A DNA stretch of 64,000 nucleotides, from the NCBI GenBank assembly GCA_036172245.1, contig JAYWIR010000005.1:4526001-4590000 (forward strand). Reading direction: 5' to 3'. Under the pieces are notes generated by a model. The model saw nothing but the letters and a program-made list of their open reading frames with translations. It made no database searches and was not told where the DNA came from. Position 1 is the first letter of the stretch, and each line of letters starts with the position of its first letter. The translations under genes and the position numbers were made by a program. Source of the stretch: Raillietiella orientalis (Eukaryota). Positions 58,901 through 64,000 of the stretch are shown here, piece by piece.

Positions 58901-60999
58901 GAGATCGTCGCTTCGCAGTTGCCACGAATAATTATGAGTTTTTTTTGCCTTTGCGGCCACATGGCACCACCGAGACTCATGTTTCAGTAGCACGTCCCAG
59001 ATACATTATGGACCGTCTCTTGCGAAACGTCTGGGAGGGGGGGGGACTTTCATCCAGGAAAGGTGCATCCAGGATTTAGCAGATTCTTCTTCATATTGCA
59101 TGGTTGTTGGCTTCTGCCACGAGATGAGAGAGTTAGGTTGCGTCCTTGCGTTGAGGTTACCCCAAATCTGATAATTTTCCTCGCAGAAGCGTCAGCAAGG
59201 TCGGCTTTGGTTTCCAGGTGACGCTCAGTTGCCTCTAACCTCTTTTCACCTCCTCAAAGTAGAGGTAAAAAAGAAAGAAAAAAGTCCCAAAGATCCACCA
59301 GCATTATGCTTAGACACTCTTAATTTACGCATTTAGGAGCACCGTGTGATTATCCATTTGCATTGCATTTGCAGACTGGATTCATGCCGATCACGGTAAT
59401 TAAAGCGCAGGACTACACGCCCAGTTTTTTGATCCTTTCTCGATTCACCTACTCCTGCAGCCGTGCATTTTGCCCTAAGGCGGTGCCATACTGTCTGTAA
59501 CCTGCAGTCTTCGTGCCATGGTGACGACAAAATGCATTCGAGCTCCCGTAAAAAAAAAAAGAAAACGCTACCGTCCTAAACCCGCCATGAGGAGTAGCGG
59601 TGCTTTTCAGGTACCAACTTCATCTCCCTCCCACGAGATTTCTCTCTTTGGTCACCCTCCTTCGCTGACCCTGTGCCCTGCCCGCCTGGGAGGTGGGCAG
59701 AGCGTAGGCAAGGGTCTTCTAAAACGAACTGTTTCCCCGTGCTCAATCGCGGTTTGCGTCACTTGGAAATCGAATGCTGCTCCCAAGCACCCTGGGAGAG
59801 ATCCAGTGGAAGATAATTAATTAATTGATATCCTTTGAGGGTCTTCAACTGTCTCTGCAATGTCAGTGCGTGTTGGTCCGGAAGCTTGTGGGAACCAGGA
59901 CTTTGCTCTTTCTCTCTTCCCACACGCTCCCTTGCGTGTTCAACTAAGGAGGCGAATTCATCAGGGTCTCGAGGTCAAACATCTTTCCAGGAAGCAAGAT
60001 AGAATAGGGAACTGAGGAAATCAATGAGTAAAGTGGGTGAAGGTGGTAATGACGAACGAGAGTTATGAGGATCACGACATTCGTCCTGTTCCCCTTGCTG
60101 GAGAGCTCCAGTTATGGGATGGAACCATTGAGAGAATTCAATAAGGAAAGGGCAGAGTGGAAGGTAAAGTTACAGCTGACTTTCGAAGCATTTCACTGAG
60201 AAGTAGATAAGAAGAGGGTGGAAACAGACTCGGGTCCTCTAGCCAATCACCGAGAGCTCAGAGGACATCTCTGCGCATGTTATTCTAGTGACTCTAAAGT
60301 GCTAGTTCTAAAGTTATTCATTTGGAGAGGAACAGTGAAAATTCCAAGATATTTGCACATCGGAGGAAAAAGATGGATCTATGGAAAAGTGATACGGCAA
60401 AACTGCGGGATCGGAAAAGCGCCGTGATCATGGACCGTTAGGGACACGAATGATAACAGAAGTGACATCAGTAATTTGATTATGTTAGTGCAATATGAAA
60501 ATCACAAGCCCATAGTAAGGTCGGCCACAACGAGGCCCATTGTGCTTCCGAGTAGGTAAGCATGGCTTCTGAATTATGGCCACTTGGAAGGTCTCGACAG
60601 ACAACAGGAGGCATACGGGTTCCTGCATCGGTAAGAATTACACACTGATGCAACTGATCCAAGAATTCTGCAATTCTGTCAAGAGGGCAACACTCCTGCG
60701 TTGCACCGTCAGACTATGAAGTTTCAGACTAACCTGTGTCTATTTCCAGGATACCCATTACGCAGAGGCAAAAGACTCCTTCCGGAAACGAGAAAGGGCA
60801 AATCACTAGAAGAGCACACGGAAACTGTCCTCCACTGAGAGAGAGCAAAAAATGCTCGGTTTCGGGAGCAAAAGAAAAAGATCCTCCCGTTTACCACTCA
60901 AGACGAAAGAAAGCGTTTGGAACCGCTATTCATCTCTACTTCATTATGTTCAAAAGATACTGGCTGGATCGCAACAGATGATGGGAAGAATTCTCCACC

Positions 61000-61700
61000 A
61001 TTTCCTCACCCGAGGCCACCTTCTCCGCCTCACCCTCCGGACAAGGCTGGAATCACTCGAGAGTCCTCCCCTCCCCCATTTGCTCTTTCAGCCGGTTCCG
61101 CGGCCAGACCCCGTCTCTTCATGACGCATGGTCGACCGCCAATCCTCGGGAGCACGCCGTCTCGGCTTTTCCGTCGTCTTCCGTCCCGGAGCGTCGACTT
61201 GCAATCGGCCGCAGAGATGGGCTGGTAAGAGACCACCTGGTCAGCCCCCCCCCTCCCGCATGCGGGCAACCGCTGCGGCAGTCGGACTTCGCTTTGTCAA
61301 TGTTGCTCCACGGACGACCCTCCCTGAACGACGCGCCACACCGCCCACGGGAAGCGATTCCCCGCAGACACCACGCCGACTCGCTCTGCGTAGATGAATT
61401 TCTTCCGTCGAGAGGAAAGCGCTGGACTCTCACCGTCCCTCGGTGACGGCGTTTTCTCCCAAGAGAAAAAAGTCCCTCCTGCTTGCGTTGGATCTTGCTC
61501 GGGATGGGGGAGATTTTCCTCCTCAACTGGAGGTCGGTCGGAGGCCGCATCTCCATCGGTGGATGATTTGGGGCGGACCAAACGTCCACGTCGCCTTCGG
61601 TGGCTACGGGATCCGGCATTTCATCCCGGGGGGGTCGTTCGCAAGGTTGGCTGCCGTCGTGAGAAACCGTCCAAGGAAGAGGCTCGGAGATGGAATCTCC
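61000..61700 (-). mobile_element. Possible decayed LINE RT fragment
   Basis: 'EMRPPTDL', 'KQEGLFSLGR', 'FPLDGR', 'SNIDKAKS'. Confidence 0.35.
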
Positions 61701-63149
61701 GGCTGATCTCAGAAGCGGTCACCTCAAACGCCTCAGAAACGGTGCGCTTTAGATGGTCACCTCAGAAACGGCGGGGGCATCCACTGTTCCTGAGATGACC
61801 CCTTGCTTTTGACTGACGTCAGGTTCGTGGACCTCACCCTCCGTGAAAAGTTCTGAGCCGCTCGCTCCGATCTTGGACTCCTTGAAGTGCTTCTTCGAGA
61901 TCCTCCTTCGGGGCTCCACGGTGAAAGGGGTCCACGGAGGGCCCCCTGAACATCCTCTGATGAATAAGGAAAGAAGCCATTGCAAATCCACCTGCAGTTT
62001 TTGAAGAGAATAGTGCAACTGATTCGAATCATTGAAAGATGCAAGCGAGATTCCTTTGAAAAGTAAGAATGCAAGTGCTGAGGTCTCAACGTCGCTTTGA
62101 GATTTACAGAACGCCTGCTTTCAAATCGTTCGCTTTCTTAGAAAGCTCGAAAGGTCGCAAAATCAGATGGGCAGCATCTGTCTCTATCGGGTGTACTCAA
62201 TGACGCCCCTCTGTTAAAGCAAAATTGACTGCTGCATGCTTGAGCGCCACCGCAAATATCGGTGCTGTTGAACGTGGGACCTCAGCAGCAACACGTCACA
62301 AACCCGATCCTCCAAATCAAGGTTTGATCCCGCCTCTCCAGTGCACATCATAATGACGTGTCCCATGGCATTATCATTTTCCTAATAGACATCCCATGCC
62401 CCTGTGGTGTGTTTCCAGGAGTGTGGGTCTTCCATGCGTGGCTCCTAATAAGAGCGCGTGTGAATGATGAAAGAGATGAAGCATAAAAGACAGAAGTTTC
62501 CCTTACGCATGATCCCTTCCATATGAACCCTGCCGCTCCAGTTGATCCCGGCGAGGCACCAGAAGAGGAGAGTGGCTTCGGAGATCATATCTCCCTTGGA
62601 TAGCAGCACTGTAAAAATCAAATGCCTCGCGAGCTCCACGTAACTCACTTGGCAGCTGGATTATTAGATTACTGGGAAACTTCTTTCTTCATATGGATCA
62701 TATCCGGAAGACAGCTACTCTCAGAGCTGCGAGCTGTTTCGACTCAGCCGGTGCTGCAGCACAGTTAGGACTGTTAGCTTACGTTCGTTTTCCTCTCGAA
62801 TTATCCTTTCACTGCGATCCTGGAATTGCCATTCGATGCACCCGCAGTCTCGATGAATGACGGGGTGGAGTAATTCGGCAAATCTACTCCTATCATGAAA
62901 AGCACTGGCGTCTGATCATCCTTCAAGAAATTTACATCTCTCATATCATAAGTGGACTCCCGAAGGAGTTAGATACAGCAGAATCTCGATCTCAGGTAGC
63001 TTTCTGAGGACTGTCTTTCCTCTTCCATCCTCCCCCCCCCCCTTCTCTCCCCTAAAATGAAAGTAGAGACCCTACAAAATGAAAAGATTGAATGAATTTC
63101 TGCTCCGTTCTTCAGAAGCAGAAGAAAGCTCAGAGATCTGCTTGAAGTC

Positions 63150-64000
63150 AGCATCATCCGCATGGGTGAAAGACGCAAAGCAAAAAACGGAATTGCGTTG
63201 AGCACTTCAAAAACCATGAAACGTCTTGCGTCTTTTCCCGGAGTCACTGCCAAGAACTCGGGACGCTCATGCATGCAAGGACGCCAAGTCAGGCTCCAGC
63301 CTTCCTCGTGGAATCCGATCCGAAAATACCAGATGATAGATTCGTATCTGCGCATGAAGGATGCGTCCCCATTTTCATTCCGCTGGAGCATTTTCGCAAG
63401 TCAAGTGATCATCTAGTCCTTGTCAGTCAGAGAGAGGACGCACGCGAGCACGGGAAGGATGACGGAAATCCTTTAGGGCTCTTCCGTTTTCGCTGCTTTC
63501 TTTCCAGCTTCTTTTTTTTGGTTCTCAAAGAGTGCCGAAGAACCGTTCTCCTCCTCAGGAAGGAGTTCATGAAGCTCTTTGACGCTGTCCATGCCACCCA
63601 GAGCTGCGTGTGATAGCTCTCCAAGTTAGAGGGTACCCATGGAAGGGACCACTCTACGAATCCAGGAAGGACTCCGGAGGAGTAAGGAGTTCGTTCCTCT
63701 CACGCTTGGCAGGGAACTTTCGCCCTAGTTGTCTCCGAAGGGAGCCCCGAAGGGGACCACCTCTTCCTGATCCTCTCCGGAGGGTCACCCGGATGGGGGT
63801 CTGATCCTCTCTTCTTCTCCAAAGGGAGTCGGGAAAGGGTCCGCTCCTGGGATTTCTTCCCTGGAAGGAGCCCTCAAGGGAGCCGCTCCTTGTTTCCTCC
63901 TCCTCTGAAAAGAACCCCGAAGGATTTGAGTCCTGAAGGGACGCGAAGGGACGCTTCCAAAGTTTCTCTGAATGGCGCTTTCCTACGGGAGCAGCGCGTT
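63150..64000 (+). mobile_element. LINE RT core, family B copy 3 (runs off window)
   Basis: 'CMQGRQV', 'GNPLGLF..FFLVLKE', 'KLFDAVHA'; nucleotide similarity to the 42.6-kb and 54.3-54.7-kb copies. Confidence 0.7.

Noticed and set aside
1..64000. Retron, DGR, group II intron or other prokaryotic RT system; RIP-mutated region
   Set aside because: The RT remnants are tied to APE and CCHC motifs of L1 type, with no intact RT or operon structure. GC-rich repeats and near-identical duplicates persist, which is inconsistent with RIP.

Overview
This window is eukaryotic-type repetitive DNA. I can support no intact host gene, RNA gene or CRISPR array. The computed ORFs are mostly shadow ORFs. Reading across frameshifts, most of the 64 kb resolves into about 35 heavily decayed, interleaved fragments of L1-clade non-LTR retrotransposon ORF2, in frequently alternating orientation. 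The motifs recognised are APE endonuclease, RT, the post-RT 'L..P...GGLG' block and the CCHC zf-RVT finger. Recent DNA-level rearrangements are superimposed on this. (1) A near-identical 2.2-kb inverted repeat (about 11,230-13,442 / 49,612-51,822) has LINE continuations that appear swapped between copies, implying a 36-kb inversion or a misjoin. (2) A nested near-identical 0.58-kb inverted repeat lies at 30,470-31,050 / 43,985-44,565. (3) A third, older nested inverted pair lies at about 38.75-38.99 / 40.71-40.95 kb. (4) A three-copy RT family appears to have been duplicated after its catalytic motif was altered. (5) A compound template-switch-like hairpin lies at 15,140-15,260. LINE calls rest on by-eye motif matching and their boundaries are approximate. 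The organism cannot be determined from this window.
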